Below, one piece after another: positions 42,585 to 56,355 of a stretch of DNA of 64,000 nucleotides. A program made the position numbers and the translations under genes. The notes under the pieces are model-generated. The model worked only from the letters and a program-made list of their open reading frames with translations. It did not search any database and had not been told where the DNA came from. Origin of the DNA: Demequina sp. (GTDB lineage Bacteria; Actinomycetota; Actinomycetes; Actinomycetales; Demequinaceae); contig JANQAD010000001.1 in NCBI GenBank assembly GCA_024707205.1, positions 1,327,979-1,391,978 on the forward strand. Reading direction: 5' to 3'. Each line of letters begins with the position of its first letter. The first letter of the stretch is position 1.

Positions 42585-42588
<4 letters not shown>
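41922..42588 (+). CDS. nuoE: NADH-quinone oxidoreductase subunit E, 1-nt frameshift at 42240-42244
   Basis: [20 protein letters not shown] then [12 protein letters not shown] in the second frame. Confidence 0.92.
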
Positions 42589-43910
<1,322 letters not shown>

Positions 43911-43914
<4 letters not shown>

Positions 43915-46412
43915 CGACCACTGCGGACAAGGCCGCCGCGAGCTCGCAGGCCGTCGAGACCGTCACCCTGACGATTGACGGCACCGAGGTCACCGTCCCC
44001 AAGGGCACCCTGATCATCAGGGCCGCGGAGCAGATGGGCATCGACATCCCGCGCTTCTGCGACCACCCGTCGCTCGAGCCGGTGGGCGCGTGCCGCCAGT
44101 GCCTCGTCGACGTCGCGAGCCCCGGCCCGGACGGCAGCCTGCGCGCGTTCCCCAAGCCCCAGCCGTCGTGCACGATGACGGTCACCGAGGGCATGGTGGT
44201 CAACACGCAGCACACCTCCGCGGAGGCCGACCGCGCCCAGAAGGGCGTGATGGAGCTGCTGCTCATCAACCACCCGCTCGACTGCCCCGTATGTGACAAG
44301 GGAGGCGAGTGCCCGCTGCAGAACCAGGCGATGAGCAACGGCCGCCCGGAGTCCCGCTTCGTCGACGTCAAGCGCGTCTTCGAGAAGCCTCTCGCCCTCA
44401 GCAGCGAGATCCTGCTCGACCGCGAGCGCTGCATCCTGTGCCAGCGCTGCACCCGTTTCTCCAAGGAGATCGCCGGAGACGCCTTCATCGACCTGCAGAA
44501 CCGTGGAGCGATGCAGCAGATCGGCACCTTCGACGAGGACGTGCTCGACTTCGACGGCTACCGCCCCATCGGCGTCGCGGCCGAGGACGAGTCTGGCAAG
44601 GCCTTCTCCTCGTACTACTCGGGCAACACGGTGCAGATCTGCCCCGTCGGCGCCCTCACGAGCGCGGCGTACCGCTTCCGCTCGCGCCCCTTCGACCTGA
44701 TCTCGAGCCCGGGAATCTCCGAGCACGATTCCTCCGGCAGCGCGATCCGCACCGACCACCGCCGCGGCCACATCCTGCGTCGCCTCGCCCACGAGGACCC
44801 CGTGGTCAACGAGGACTGGATCACGGACAAGGATCGCTTCGCGTTCACGTGGCAGAACCTCGACGACCGGATCACCCGCCCCTTGGTGAGGGTTGACGGC
44901 GAGCTCGTCGAGGCCTCGTGGCCCGACGCTGTTGCGGCGGCGGCTGCCGGCATCAGAGCGTCGCTTGCTGTCGATGGGAAGAGCGGCAAGAAGCCAAAGG
45001 GCGCGGCAGTCCTGCCCGGTGGTCGCGTCACCTTCGAGGACGCCTACGCGTACCAGAAGTTCGCCCGCGTCGTGCTGGGCACCAACGACGTCGACGCGCG
45101 CACGCGCGTCGCGAGCGACGAGGAGCTCGCGTTCCTCGGCCACCACGTTGCCGGCCGCGGGCTTGGAGTCACGTTCGGCGAGCTCGAGAAGGCTCCCGCC
45201 GTTCTGCTCGTCGGCTTCGAGCCCGAGGACGAGGGCGGCGTCGTGTTCTTGCGCCTCAAGAAGGCCGCCCACAAGGTGTTCGCGGTCGCGCCGTGGCTCA
45301 GCCGCGGCAACGAGAAGCTCGGCGCCACGCTCATCCCCACGCGCCCCGGAGACGAGGGCGCCGCTCTGGGCGACCTCCCCGCCGACGCCGTGGCCGCGCT
45401 TGGCGAGGCCGGCTCCGTGATCATTGTTGGAGAGCGCGCGGCCGGAGCGCCCGGAGCCCTCACCGCGGCACTCGCGCTCGCCAAGAAGTCGGGCGCCAAG
45501 CTTGCGTGGATCCCGCGTCGCGCGGGCGAGCGCGGCGCCGTCGAGGCCGGCGCGCTGCCCACGCTCCTTCCCGGCGGGCGTGACGTCACGAAGGCCGCGG
45601 CCCGCTCGGCGGTGGCGAAGGCATGGGGCGTCGACGACCTTCCCGCGCACGCCGGCCGCAGCGCGGCCGACATCATCGCCGCGGCGGCGAAGGGACAGCT
45701 CGGCGCGCTCGTCATCGGCGGCGTGACCCCCTCGGACCTCACCTCGGACCTCACAAAGGCCCTGGAAAAGACCGAGTTCGTAATCAGCCTCGAGGTTCGC
45801 CGCGGCGAAGTCTCTGAGTACGCGGACGTCGTGCTGCCGGTCGCGCCGCCCTCGGAGAAGCCCGGCACCTTCCTCAACTGGGAGGGCCGCTTGCGCTCCT
45901 TCGCCACGGCCATCCCCACGGATGCGCTCAGCGACCACCGCGTTCTCGACGTGCTGGCCCGCGAGCTCGGCGTCAACCTGGGCACCGGCACCGTCAGCGA
46001 GATCTCGGCGGAGATCAGCGGGCTCGGGATCGACGACTCCGCCCGCGTGGCGGCACCAAAGGTCAAGGCGAGCCCGGCACCGAAGGCGGCAGCAGCGTCG
46101 GGCGGGCTTGTGCTCGCGACGTGGCACCAGCTGGTGGACGAGGGTTCGCTGCAGGACGGCGAGCCCTTCCTCGCGGGCACGGGCCGCACCTCCGTGGCGC
46201 GGATGTCCGCCGCGACGGCTGCCGAGTTTGGCGCCGAGACCGCGGTATCGCTCAAGGGCGCCGCGCGCGCGAGCATCAACCTCCCGGTCGTGATCACCGA
46301 AATGCCCGACGGCGTTGTCTGGGTGCCCGCGAAGTCGCCTTCGTCGTGGGTTGCCAGGGATCTTGGGGTCGAGGCCGGTTCCGAGATCACCGCGAAGGGG
46401 GTGTCCGCGTGA
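43911..46412 (+). CDS. nuoG: NADH-quinone oxidoreductase subunit G
   Basis: IPRFCDHP, GACRQC, HPLDCPVCDKGGEC, RCILCQRC. Confidence 0.96.
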
Positions 46413-47911
46413 AGCTGCTGACGTCCCTCATGATGGCGGCGACGCCGTCCCCCGCGCCCTCGGTGGTCGCCACGGCTGTGGAGCCGCTGAACGCGGTGCA
46501 GAAGATGTGCGGCATGACGGACCCGACGGCGACGCCGACGGACGAGCAGGCCAAGTGCGTCGCGGACGCGGCGCTTAGCGGCGACTCGATCTGGATCGTG
46601 ATCATCAAGGCAGTGATCGTCCTGGTGTTCCTGCTGCTGTCCGTGCTGTTCGCGGTGTGGTTCGAGCGTCGCGTTATCGGCAGGCTGCAGCAGCGGCCCG
46701 GCCCCAATGTGCACGGCCCGTTCGGCCTGTTCCAACCTCTTCAGGACGCGCTCAAGCTGGTGTTCAAGGAGGACATCACCGTGCGCGCAGCTGAGAAGCT
46801 CGTATACATCGCGGCGCCGATCATCTCGGTGTTCTGCGCGCTGCTGATCTTTGCGGTGATCCCGTTCGGGCCTGCGACGAGGATCCCGTTCACGCAGGAG
46901 ATCACCCCGCTCCAGCTGACCGACTTCCCGGTGGCCGTGCTGTACATCCTGGCGTGCGCGTCCATCGGCGTGTACGGCATCGTGCTCGGCGGCTGGGCCT
47001 CCGGCTCCACCTATCCGCTCATGGGCGCGGTGCGCTCCACCGCCCAGGTGATCTCCTACGAGCTCGCGATGGGGCTGTCGCTCGTGACGGTGTTCATGAT
47101 GGCGGGATCGATGAGCACGTCCACCATCGTGGACTCGCAGGCCGAGCGCTGGTGGGTGTGGCCGCTTCTGCCGGCCTTCGTCCTGTACGTGATCTCGATG
47201 GTCGGCGAGACCAACCGCCTCCCGTTCGACCTCCCCGAGGCCGAGGGTGAGCTCGTCGCCGGCTTCATGACCGAGTACTCGTCCACGAAGTTCGCGTGGT
47301 TCTTCCTCGCCGAGTACATGAACATGATCAACGTGTCCGCCATTGCCGCGACGCTGTTCCTCGGTGGCTGGCGGGCTCCATGGGGCGAGACGTGGCCCGG
47401 CGCCGACTTCCTGAACTCCGGGATCTTTCCGCCCATCTGGCTCATCATCAAGATCTGGCTGCTCATGTTCGTCTTCGTGTGGATCCGCGGCTCTTTGCTG
47501 CGCTTCCGGTACGACCAGTTCATGAAGTTCGGCTGGAAGGTGCTGATCCCCGTCGGCCTTGGCTGGCTTGGATTCTTCGCGATCAGCCGCCAGGCGTTCG
47601 AGTCGTGGGGCCGCAACATGGACCTCTTCGACGCCGTGGCGGGGCTCGTCGCCATCCTCCTCGTCGTCGCGTTCTGGAGCTTCGTCTCCGACTCCAAGAA
47701 GCAGGCGGACAAGGAAGAGGAGCGGGACCGCGAGCCTGAGCTGCTCGACGCCTTCGCTGGCGGCTACCCGGTGCCGCCGCTGCCGCACCAGGTGCTTCCC
47801 CCATCGCCGCGATCCGGCCGCACCGTGGAGGCGCGCGTCGCCGCTGGTGTTGACGCCAATGATGCCGATGCCACTGGTTCTGAAGACTCCGAGGAGGCCG
47901 GCGATGAGTGA
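46409..47911 (+). CDS. nuoH: NADH-quinone oxidoreductase subunit H
   Basis: [41 protein letters not shown]. Confidence 0.95.
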   Translation: MKLLTSLMMAATPSPAPSVVATAVEPLNAVQKMCGMTDPTATPTDEQAKCVADAALSGDSIWIVIIKAVIVLVFLLLSVLFAVWFERRVIGRLQQRPGPNVHGPFGLFQPLQDALKLVFKEDITVRAAEKLVYIAAPIISVFCALLIFAVIPFGPATRIPFTQEITPLQLTDFPVAVLYILACASIGVYGIVLGGWASGSTYPLMGAVRSTAQVISYELAMGLSLVTVFMMAGSMSTSTIVDSQAERWWVWPLLPAFVLYVISMVGETNRLPFDLPEAEGELVAGFMTEYSSTKFAWFFLAEYMNMINVSAIAATLFLGGWRAPWGETWPGADFLNSGIFPPIWLIIKIWLLMFVFVWIRGSLLRFRYDQFMKFGWKVLIPVGLGWLGFFAISRQAFESWGRNMDLFDAVAGLVAILLVVAFWSFVSDSKKQADKEEERDREPELLDAFAGGYPVPPLPHQVLPPSPRSGRTVEARVAAGVDANDADATGSEDSEEAGDE

Positions 47912-48608
47912 CCACGACGAGCGCTGGCAAGTGAACCGCGAGCGCGACGGCGCCACCACGCCCTTCGAGTCCAACTTCCCCAAGAAGGGGCAGATCGGCG
48001 AGGCGCTCGCCCCCGTGGCCGGGTTCGGCGTGACGCTGCGCAACTTCTTCCGGCCGGTGGTGACCGAGCAGTACCCGTACAAGAAGACGCCGCCCATGCC
48101 GCGGTACCACGGCCGTCATCAGCTCAACCGCCACCCGGATGGCCTCGAGAAGTGCATCGGCTGCGAGCTGTGCGCGTGGGCCTGCCCCGCGGACGCGATC
48201 TACGTCGAGGCGGACTCCAACACGCCAGACGCGCAGTTCAGCCCCGGTGAGCGCTACGGCCGCGTGTACCAGATCAACTATCTGCGGTGCATCTTCTGCG
48301 GGCTGTGCATCGAGGCGTGCCCCACTCGCGCGCTCACGATGACCACCGAATACGAGCTCGCCGGTCCCACTCGTGAGGGGCTCATCTTCGAGAAGCAGGA
48401 CCTGTTGGCCCCGATGGGAGCGAACATGCTTGCGGCGCCGCACCCGATGGTGCCCGGCACCACCGACGGCGACTACTACCGCGGCGACGTCACCGGAGCG
48501 GTCGACGCACAGGTGGAGTGGGTGCGCGAGCACCGCCCCGAGGACCCGACGCTGCCGGAGAACGCAACCACAGCGTCGGCCAGTGCCAAGGCCGGGGGTG
48601 CCGCGTGA
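47904..48608 (+). CDS. nuoI: NADH-quinone oxidoreductase subunit I
   Basis: [12 protein letters not shown] and [12 protein letters not shown] ferredoxin motifs. Confidence 0.96.
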   Translation: MSDHDERWQVNRERDGATTPFESNFPKKGQIGEALAPVAGFGVTLRNFFRPVVTEQYPYKKTPPMPRYHGRHQLNRHPDGLEKCIGCELCAWACPADAIYVEADSNTPDAQFSPGERYGRVYQINYLRCIFCGLCIEACPTRALTMTTEYELAGPTREGLIFEKQDLLAPMGANMLAAPHPMVPGTTDGDYYRGDVTGAVDAQVEWVREHRPEDPTLPENATTASASAKAGGAA

Positions 48609-49333
48609 TCAACCCGTTCCTGTTCTGGGTGGTAGCGGCGATCACGGTGCTGCCGTCGCTCGCGCTGCTGTTCGCCAAGAAGGCGGTGCACGTGGCGATG
48701 GCCGTCGTGCTCGTGATGATCGGCCTCGCGGTGGCGTACGTCATGCTCGCCGCGCCGTTCCTTGGCATGGTGCAGATCGTGGTCTACACGGGCGCGGTCA
48801 TGATGCTGTTCATCTTCGTGCTCATGCTGATCGGCGTGAAGGGCAAGGAGAGCCTGCGCGAGTCGATCATCGGCCAGCGCTGGATCGGCCTGCTCGTCGC
48901 CATCGGCACGGGGGTGTTCCTCACGGGCGTCATCTCGCGCGTGACGCTCAATGTGCAGACCCCAACCGAGGGCAACCCCGAGCAGATCGCGGGCGCGCTC
49001 TTCGGTCGCTTCGTGGTGATCGTGGAGACCCTCGGCTTCGTGCTGATCGTCGCCGCAGTGGGCGCGCTCGTGCTCACGCACGTGCCGCGGCTGGCTCCCA
49101 AGCACACGCAGAAGGAGATCGCGGAGGACCGCGTGCGCGTTGGTGCGAACCCCGTCAACAAGCCGATGCCCGGCGTGTACGCGCGGCACAACGCGCTCGA
49201 CGTCCCGGCGCTCGACCCGCACGGCCAGCCCATCGAGGAGTCGATCTCCCGCGTGCTCCAGGAGCGGCACCAGATCGACGAGGTTGACCCCTACATCCCC
49301 GACATCGCGATCGAGGAGAGTGGCGACAAGTGA
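48605..49333 (+). CDS. nuoJ: NADH-quinone oxidoreductase subunit J
   Basis: [19 protein letters not shown]. Confidence 0.93.
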   Translation: MINPFLFWVVAAITVLPSLALLFAKKAVHVAMAVVLVMIGLAVAYVMLAAPFLGMVQIVVYTGAVMMLFIFVLMLIGVKGKESLRESIIGQRWIGLLVAIGTGVFLTGVISRVTLNVQTPTEGNPEQIAGALFGRFVVIVETLGFVLIVAAVGALVLTHVPRLAPKHTQKEIAEDRVRVGANPVNKPMPGVYARHNALDVPALDPHGQPIEESISRVLQERHQIDEVDPYIPDIAIEESGDK

Positions 49334-49629
49334 ACCCCATCGCCTTCGTCTACCTCGCGGCCGTGCTGTTCTCCATCGGCTCCGCCGCCGTGCTGCTGCG
49401 CCGCAACGCCATCATCGCCTTCATGGGCGTGGAGCTGATGCTGAACGCCGCGAACCTCGCGTTCGTGGGCTTCAGCAACATCCACGGCACCGTTGACGGT
49501 CAGGTCATGGCATTCTTCGTGATGGTCGTCGCCGCCGCCGAGGTGGTGGTTGGGCTCGCGATCGTCGTCGCGATCTTCCGCGCCCGCCAGTCCATTTCCC
49601 TCGATGATCCGTCGGAGCTGAAGGGCTGA
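49330..49629 (+). CDS. nuoK: NADH-quinone oxidoreductase subunit K
   Basis: [21 protein letters not shown]. Confidence 0.96.
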   Translation: MNPIAFVYLAAVLFSIGSAAVLLRRNAIIAFMGVELMLNAANLAFVGFSNIHGTVDGQVMAFFVMVVAAAEVVVGLAIVVAIFRARQSISLDDPSELKG

Positions 49630-49631
49630 CC

Positions 49632-51512
49632 ATGCTTGATCTGACCTGGCTCCTCATCGCCGTGCCGCTCGCGAGCGCGCTCGTGCTGCTGCTCGCGGGC
49701 AAGCGCGCGAACCCGTGGGGGCACTGGCTCGGCGTCGCCGCGTCCGGCAGCGCGTTCGTGATCGCGCTCATCGCGTTCCTGCAGATGCTCGGCCTCGACT
49801 CGGCCGACCGCGCCACGCAAGTGCACCTGTTCTCGTGGATCACCACCGGCGAGCTCAACGTCGACGCCGGCCTCCTCGTGGACCCGCTGTCGATGACGTT
49901 CGTGCTGCTCGTGACGTTCGTCGGCACGCTCATCCACATCTACGCGGTGGGCTACATGGAGCACGACCCCGATCGTCGCCGCTTCTTCGCGTACCTCAAC
50001 CTCTTCATCGCGGCCATGCTGATCCTGGTGCTCGCGGACTCCTACCTGCTGATGTTCGTCGGCTGGGAGGGCGTGGGTCTCGCGTCGTACCTGCTCATCG
50101 GCTTCTGGAACTACCGCAACGACTACGCCACCGCCGCCAACAAGGCGTTCGTGGTCAACCGCATCGGCGACATCGGCCTCATCATCGCGATGGGTCTCAT
50201 GTTCACGGCCTTTGGCGGGGTGGACTTCCACACCGTCTTCTCTGGTGTGGGGCAGGCATCGACCGCGCAGCTCACCGCGATCGGCCTGACGCTGCTGCTC
50301 GCGGCCTGCGGAAAGTCCGCGCAGTTCCCGCTGCAGTCCTGGCTCGGCGACGCGATGGCTGGCCCCACGCCCGTGTCCGCGCTCATCCACGCGGCCACCA
50401 TGGTCACGGCGGGCGTGTACCTCATCGTGCGCTCCGCGCCCGTGTTCGAGGGCGCGCCCAACGCTCAGCTCGTGGTCGCGATCGTCGGCGCCGTGACGCT
50501 CATCTTCGGGGCCATCGTCGGTATGGCGAAGGACGACATCAAGAAGGCGCTCGCGGCCTCCACCATGTCGCAGATCGGCTACATGATGCTCGCCGCGGGC
50601 CTCGGCCCCGTCGGCTACGCGTTCGCGATCTTCCACCTCGTTACGCACGGCTTTTTCAAGGCGGGCATGTTCCTTGGAGCCGGCTCGGTGATGCACGGCA
50701 TGCACGACCAGGTGGACATGCGCCGCTTCGGCGCCCTGCGCACCGCCATGGTGGTGACGTGGGTGACGTTCGGCCTCGGCTGGCTCGCGATCCTCGGCGT
50801 CCCGCCGTTCTCCGGCTTCTTCTCGAAGGACAAGATCATCGAGGCGGCGTTCATCGGCGAGGGCTGGCAGCCGTGGGTCTTCGGCCTCACCGCGCTGATC
50901 GGCGCCGGGCTCACGGCCTTCTACATGTCGCGCCTGTTCTTCATGACGTTCCACGGCAAGGCCCGCTGGACGGACGAGCAGCACCCGCACGAGAGCCCGG
51001 CCATCATGACCGCGCCCATGATCGTGCTGGCCGTCGGCTCCGCGTTCCTGGGACTGATCCTCGCGTCCGGTGACCGCTTCGTTGACTGGCTCGAGCCGGT
51101 TGTGGGAGGAGGAGAGCACGGCGAGCCCGTGCTTTCGGTGCCGGTGATCACGGTCACGACGCTCGTTCTGGTTCTCCTCGGCGCCGGCTATGCCTGGCTC
51201 AAGTACGGAAGGGCCGACGTGCCGCTCACCGCTCCCGCCGCGTCGCTTGCCACGATCGCGGCCCGCAACGACCTGTTCCAGGATTCCGTGAACCGCGCGG
51301 TGTTCGAGCGCCCCGGCACCCACCTCACGCGCACGCTCGTGTACGCGGACGCCGCGATAGTGGACGGCGCCGTGAACGGCACCGGCGCAGGCACCGCCAA
51401 GACCGGCGAGGCGCTCACGAAGCTGCAGAGCGGCAAGGTGCGCGCCTACGCGCTGATCATGGCCGCCGGCATGGTGCTCATCGCCTTCTTCGCCGTGCTT
51501 GGGGGTAAGTGA
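49632..51512 (+). CDS. nuoL: NADH-quinone oxidoreductase subunit L
   Basis: [39 protein letters not shown]. Confidence 0.97.
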   Translation: MLDLTWLLIAVPLASALVLLLAGKRANPWGHWLGVAASGSAFVIALIAFLQMLGLDSADRATQVHLFSWITTGELNVDAGLLVDPLSMTFVLLVTFVGTLIHIYAVGYMEHDPDRRRFFAYLNLFIAAMLILVLADSYLLMFVGWEGVGLASYLLIGFWNYRNDYATAANKAFVVNRIGDIGLIIAMGLMFTAFGGVDFHTVFSGVGQASTAQLTAIGLTLLLAACGKSAQFPLQSWLGDAMAGPTPVSALIHAATMVTAGVYLIVRSAPVFEGAPNAQLVVAIVGAVTLIFGAIVGMAKDDIKKALAASTMSQIGYMMLAAGLGPVGYAFAIFHLVTHGFFKAGMFLGAGSVMHGMHDQVDMRRFGALRTAMVVTWVTFGLGWLAILGVPPFSGFFSKDKIIEAAFIGEGWQPWVFGLTALIGAGLTAFYMSRLFFMTFHGKARWTDEQHPHESPAIMTAPMIVLAVGSAFLGLILASGDRFVDWLEPVVGGGEHGEPVLSVPVITVTTLVLVLLGAGYAWLKYGRADVPLTAPAASLATIAARNDLFQDSVNRAVFERPGTHLTRTLVYADAAIVDGAVNGTGAGTAKTGEALTKLQSGKVRAYALIMAAGMVLIAFFAVLGGK

Positions 51513-52993
51513 TGTTCCCCATCCTCACCGTCCTCGTGGTGCTCCCCGTGGTGGGGGCCGGGGTGCTGTTCCTGCCTCAGGCCCGGGCCAAGTCGCGCGA
51601 GATCGCGCTGTTCTTCGCGCTTGCGGAGCTCATCATCGCCGCCAACCTGTTCCTGCGCTTCGACCGCAGCCAGGCCGGCACCATCCAGTTCGCCGAGACG
51701 CATTCGTGGATCCCCCAGATCGGCACCAGCTGGGCGCTCGGCGTCAACGGCATCGGCCTGTCGCTCGTGGTGCTCAGCGCGATCCTGGTCCCCGTCGCCA
51801 TCCTCTCGGCGTGGCGCGACGATAAGGACGAGAAGCGTCGGGCCACGTACTTGGCCCTCTTGCTCTCAAGCCAGGCGTTCATGATCGGCATCTTCGCGGC
51901 ACGAGACGTCTTCCTGTTCTACGTGCTGTTCGAGGCGATGCTGATCCCGATCTACTTCCTCATCGGCTACTTCGGCGGACTGCAGCGCCGCTATGCAGCG
52001 GTGAAGTTCCTGATCTTCTCGCTCGTGGGAGGGCTGGTGATGCTCGTGGGCGTGATCGCGCTGTACGTCGCCGGTCCCGGCGGCGAGCAGGGCTTCCTCA
52101 CGGACAAGCTCACGGGACTCTCGCTCTCGACGAGCACGGAGCGCCTGCTGTTCCTCGCGTTCTTCATCGCGTTCGCCATCAAGGCGCCGATGTTCCCTGT
52201 GCACACGTGGCTGCCCACCGTCGCGGAGAGCGCGCGACCGTCGACGACCGCGCTGCTCGTGGCCGTGCTGGACAAGGTGGGCACCTTCGGCATGCTGACG
52301 CTGTGCCTGGTGCTGTTCCCAGGTGCGGCGCACTGGGCGGCTCCCGTCATCATCGTCTTCGCGGTGATCTCGGTGCTCTACGGCGCGATCCTCGCGATCG
52401 GCCAGGACAACATGCTCAAGCTCGTGTCGTTCACCTCGGTGAGCCACTTCGGCATCATGATCATCGGCATCTTCGCGTTCGCGCAGACGTCGGTCACCGG
52501 CGCCGCGCTCTACATGTTCAACCACGGCCTGTCCACGGGCGCGCTGTTCTTCGCGGTCGCGTACCTCGCGAAGCGTCACGGCACCGTCTCCATCAAGGCG
52601 TTCGGCGGTCTGCAGAAGATCGCCCCTGTCCTCGCAGGCACCTTCCTCATCATCGGCCTCAGCTCGCTGTCGCTGCCGGGCCTGTCGCCGTTCATCTCGG
52701 AGATCCTGGTGTTCATCGGCGCCTACCCGGTGGTGCCCGTCGCGATCTGGTTCGCCGTGGTGGGAGTGGTGCTCGCCGCGCTGTACATCCTGCTGATGTA
52801 CAAGCGGGTGTTCACCGGCCCGGCACCCGAGGCCATGGAGGGCACGCGCGACCTCTCGGTGCGCGAGCGCCTCGTGACGTGGCCGCTCATTGCCGCGATG
52901 CTCGTGCTTGGCTTCGTGCCAGGGATCCTGCTAGGCGTGCTGCACGAGCCCGTCCATGACATCGTCACCATCGTTCAGGAGGCTGGCAAGTGA
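51509..52993 (+). CDS. nuoM: NADH-quinone oxidoreductase subunit M
   Basis: [25 protein letters not shown]. Confidence 0.95.
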   Translation: MMFPILTVLVVLPVVGAGVLFLPQARAKSREIALFFALAELIIAANLFLRFDRSQAGTIQFAETHSWIPQIGTSWALGVNGIGLSLVVLSAILVPVAILSAWRDDKDEKRRATYLALLLSSQAFMIGIFAARDVFLFYVLFEAMLIPIYFLIGYFGGLQRRYAAVKFLIFSLVGGLVMLVGVIALYVAGPGGEQGFLTDKLTGLSLSTSTERLLFLAFFIAFAIKAPMFPVHTWLPTVAESARPSTTALLVAVLDKVGTFGMLTLCLVLFPGAAHWAAPVIIVFAVISVLYGAILAIGQDNMLKLVSFTSVSHFGIMIIGIFAFAQTSVTGAALYMFNHGLSTGALFFAVAYLAKRHGTVSIKAFGGLQKIAPVLAGTFLIIGLSSLSLPGLSPFISEILVFIGAYPVVPVAIWFAVVGVVLAALYILLMYKRVFTGPAPEAMEGTRDLSVRERLVTWPLIAAMLVLGFVPGILLGVLHEPVHDIVTIVQEAGK

Positions 52994-54576
52994 ACTGGAC
53001 TCAGCCGGACATCACGTGGGCGCCGCTGGTGCCCATCCTGGTCGTCCTCCTGGCCGGCGCCGTCGGCATTCTGGTGGAGGCGTTCATTCGCACCCCGGCC
53101 ACCCGACGCCTCGTCCAGCTCTCGCTCACCCTCGCGGCCCTTGTGGTCGGGCTCGGCGCGGCTATCGTGCTGTGGGCCACGCAAGAGGGAAGCGGCACAG
53201 TGGTGCTGCGCCTCATGCTCGTCGTCGACCGGCAGTCGCTCGCGTGGCAGGTGCTGCTCGCGGTGTTCGGCATCCTCGCCGCGCTGCTGTTCGCCGCACG
53301 CACGCGCACGGGCGAGGAGGAGTTCACTCCGCTCGGCTCGAGCACGCCCGGTGCCCTTGACGAGACCCGGGCCTTGCGCGCGGGCCTCCAGGTGACTGAG
53401 GTCTTCCCGCTGCTGCTCTTCGCGGTCGGCGGCATGATGCTGTTCACCGCGGTGACGGACTTCGTGTTCCTGTTCGTGGTGCTCGAGCTGTTCTCGCTCC
53501 CGCTGTACATCCTCGTGGCGCTCGCGCGTCGGCGTCGCGCCCTCAGCCACGAGGCGGCGCTGAAGTACTTCCTGCTCGGCGCCTTCTCCTCGGCGATCTA
53601 CATCTTCGGCGTCGCCCTGCTCTTCGGCGCCACGACCCAGACGTCGTTCACGGCCGTGCAGCGCGCCATCGAGATCATCGCGGGTCACGATCCGCTGATC
53701 ATCGCCGCCGCGGTGCTGATCCTCGTCGGCCTGTTCTTCAAGCTGGGCGCCGTGCCGTTCCACTCGTGGGTCCCCGACGTCTACCAGGGCGCCCCCACGG
53801 CGGTCACGGGCTTCATGGCGGCCGCCACCAAGGCCGCCGCTGTCGCAGCGCTGCTCCGCGTCGTGTTCGCCTCGTTCTATCCGCTCGAGTGGGAGCTCAA
53901 CTGGCTGTTCTGGACCATCGCGATCGTGACGATGATCCTCGCGACGCTCGTCGCCCTGGTCCAGACGGACATCAAGCGCATGCTCGCCTACTCCTCGATC
54001 GCGCACGCGGGCTTCATCCTCGTCGCGTTCGCCGGCTTCAGCCCCGACGCGCTCAGCTCGCTGCCGTTCTACATGCTCGCCTACGGCCTCGCGACGTTTG
54101 GCGCATTCGCCGTTGTCACCCAGGTGCGGGAGCGCACGGCCGACGGCGCGGTGGGTGCAGAGGCCGTTCGCCTTGGGCAGTGGGCCGGGTTGGGTAAGCG
54201 CGCCCCATGGCTCGCCACCGCGATGGCGCTGTTCCTGCTGTCGTTCGCGGGCATCCCGCTCACGGCGGGCTTCGTCGGAAAGTTCGTGGTGTTCCGTTCT
54301 GCGATCGAGCAAGGGGCGTGGCCGCTCGTGCTCGTTGCCGTGCTCGCCTCGGCCGCGGCCGCGTTCTTCTACGTCCGGCTCATCGTGCTGATGTTCTTCA
54401 CGGATGTCCCGGAGGGCCAGGCGGACGCGATCGAGATCGAGTACTCGCCGCTCACGCGGGCCGTGGTGGTCGTGACCGCTGTGCTGACGCTCGTGCTCGG
54501 CATCGTGCCTGGTCCCGCGCTCGCGGCCGCGGAAGACGCGGGCGTGATGCTGTCAACGCTGTCCAGCGGAAGCTGA
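52990..54576 (+). CDS. nuoN: NADH-quinone oxidoreductase subunit N
   Basis: EAALKYF, FKLGAVPFH.W.PDVY, KRMLAYSSIAH. Confidence 0.96.
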   Translation: MNWTQPDITWAPLVPILVVLLAGAVGILVEAFIRTPATRRLVQLSLTLAALVVGLGAAIVLWATQEGSGTVVLRLMLVVDRQSLAWQVLLAVFGILAALLFAARTRTGEEEFTPLGSSTPGALDETRALRAGLQVTEVFPLLLFAVGGMMLFTAVTDFVFLFVVLELFSLPLYILVALARRRRALSHEAALKYFLLGAFSSAIYIFGVALLFGATTQTSFTAVQRAIEIIAGHDPLIIAAAVLILVGLFFKLGAVPFHSWVPDVYQGAPTAVTGFMAAATKAAAVAALLRVVFASFYPLEWELNWLFWTIAIVTMILATLVALVQTDIKRMLAYSSIAHAGFILVAFAGFSPDALSSLPFYMLAYGLATFGAFAVVTQVRERTADGAVGAEAVRLGQWAGLGKRAPWLATAMALFLLSFAGIPLTAGFVGKFVVFRSAIEQGAWPLVLVAVLASAAAAFFYVRLIVLMFFTDVPEGQADAIEIEYSPLTRAVVVVTAVLTLVLGIVPGPALAAAEDAGVMLSTLSSGS

Positions 54577-54582
54577 CGGCCA

Positions 54583-55575
54583 ATGGCGTCGCTTGTGGGC
54601 CAGGGGGGCCTTGACGAGGCTCTCCAGTCGCGGCTCGCCCTCGTTGAGGAACGGCTCCGCGACGCGGTCTCCCAATCGGATCGCCTAGCCGACGCGACCT
54701 CGCGCCACCTCGTCAACGCGGGCGGCAAACGCCTTCGCCCCGCGCTCGCGCTGCTCACGGCACACCTTGGCGACGCCGCCCGGCCCGAGGTCGTGGACGC
54801 GGCCGTCGTCGTCGAGCTGACCCACCTCGCCACGCTGTACCACGACGACGTCATGGACTCCGCTCCCACCCGTCGCGGCGCCCCCGCCGCCCACGAGGTG
54901 TGGGGCAATTCGGTGGCCATCCTCACCGGCGATCTGCTCTTCGCCCGCGCCTCTTCCGTCGTTGCGGGCCTGGGGCCGCAGGCCGTGCGCATCCAGGCCG
55001 AGACCTTCGAGCGTCTGTGCCTCGGTCAGCTCCACGAGACCGTCGGACCTTCCGAGGGCGACGATGCGATCGAGTTCTACCTCCAGGTGCTCGCGGACAA
55101 GACGGGCTCGCTCATCGCGACCTCCGCGCGCTTTGGCGCGATGTTCGCCGGCTGCGCCCCGGCGGTGGTGCAGCAGGTGACGCGCTACGGAGAGCTCGCG
55201 GGCGTCGCCTTCCAACTCGCCGACGACGTCATCGACGTCCGCTCCGACGCCGCCACTACGGGCAAGACCCCTGGCACCGACCTGCGCGAGGGAGTGGCGA
55301 CCATGCCAGTTCTCCTGCTCCGGCGTCGGGTAGCCGCCGGCGGCACGCCAGAGGACGCCGAGCTGCTGGCCGCGATCGACGGCGACCTCAGCTCCGACGA
55401 GGCGCTCGCGGCCGTCGTGTCGCGTCTTGGCGCGCACCCCGTGGTCGACGAGACCGCCGCGCTCGCGGCCCAGTGGGCCGCTCGCGCCAAGGAGGCGATC
55501 GCAATGCTGCCCGAGGGGGACGTCAAGGCGTCGCTCATCGACTTCGCCGACTCCCTGGTGGCCCGCACCGCCTAG
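54583..55575 (+). CDS. Polyprenyl diphosphate synthase (HepST/GrcC-like)
   Basis: GGKRLRP, LYHDDVMD (FARM), FQLADD (SARM), GTDLREG. Confidence 0.93.
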   Translation: MASLVGQGGLDEALQSRLALVEERLRDAVSQSDRLADATSRHLVNAGGKRLRPALALLTAHLGDAARPEVVDAAVVVELTHLATLYHDDVMDSAPTRRGAPAAHEVWGNSVAILTGDLLFARASSVVAGLGPQAVRIQAETFERLCLGQLHETVGPSEGDDAIEFYLQVLADKTGSLIATSARFGAMFAGCAPAVVQQVTRYGELAGVAFQLADDVIDVRSDAATTGKTPGTDLREGVATMPVLLLRRRVAAGGTPEDAELLAAIDGDLSSDEALAAVVSRLGAHPVVDETAALAAQWAARAKEAIAMLPEGDVKASLIDFADSLVARTA

Positions 55576-55596
55576 GCCCGTCGCTAGGGTTGGGGC

Positions 55597-56277
55597 ATGT
55601 CGAGCTCAACGGACCTGAACGGCGCGGACCGCTGGCGCGCGGTGGACGCCTACATCGAGGAGCACTACACGCAGTCCGACGCTGTGGCGGCCCGGGTGCT
55701 CCAGAACCAGCGGGATGCCGGGTTGCCGGACATCGCCGTGAGCCCCACCCAGGGCAAGCTGCTCTCCGTCCTCGCACGAGCCTGCGGGGCGCGCCGCGTG
55801 CTCGAGTTCGGCACGCTCGGGGGCTATTCGACGCTGTGGTTCGCCCGCGCCGTCGGACCGGAGGGCGCGGTGGTGAGTTTTGAGCTCGAGCTGCGCCACG
55901 CGGAGGTCGCGAGGGCGAGCCTCGCCCAAGCCGGCGTTGGCGACAGGGTCGAGGTGCGCGTCGGCCCGGCGGTCGCCAATCTGGGCACGCTCGAGTACGA
56001 CGAGCCGTTCGACCTGGTCTTCATCGACGCGGACAAGCCGAGCAACGTCGCGTATTACGAGGCCGCGATGAACCGCGTGCACGCGGGGACCGTGGTGATC
56101 GTCGACAACGTGGTGCGCGACGGCGGCCTCATCGAGGCGGACTCGCCGGACGACCGCATCCAGGGCTCGCGCGCGATCGTGGAGCGGATGGGCGCCGACC
56201 CGCGGGTCGAGGCCTCCGTGATGCAGACGGTCGGCTCCAAGTATTACGACGGGATTATCGTCGCGGTGGTGTTGTAA
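55597..56277 (+). CDS. Class I O-methyltransferase (CCoAOMT-like)
   Basis: VLEFGTLGGYSTLW, DLVFIDADK, VIVDNVV. Confidence 0.88.
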   Translation: MSSSTDLNGADRWRAVDAYIEEHYTQSDAVAARVLQNQRDAGLPDIAVSPTQGKLLSVLARACGARRVLEFGTLGGYSTLWFARAVGPEGAVVSFELELRHAEVARASLAQAGVGDRVEVRVGPAVANLGTLEYDEPFDLVFIDADKPSNVAYYEAAMNRVHAGTVVIVDNVVRDGGLIEADSPDDRIQGSRAIVERMGADPRVEASVMQTVGSKYYDGIIVAVVL

Positions 56278-56297
56278 GCGTGGTGTTGTAGCGCGAC

Positions 56298-56323
56298 CCA
56301 ACGATCGCGGCGTCGGCTGCGTG
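56298..56323 (+). promoter_or_regulatory. Putative ECF autoregulatory promoter 3
   Basis: CCAAC-N17-CGTG upstream of ECF sigma 3. Confidence 0.45.
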
Positions 56324-56355
56324 TGGAGGGGTGAAGGCAACCTAGGGGAGGCGGC

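Noticed and set aside
55597-56277. O-methyltransferase as a substitute for MenG
   Set aside because: Motifs (EFGTLGGYS, FIDADK, VDNV) are CCoAOMT-type O-methyltransferase, not UbiE/MenG C-methyltransferase
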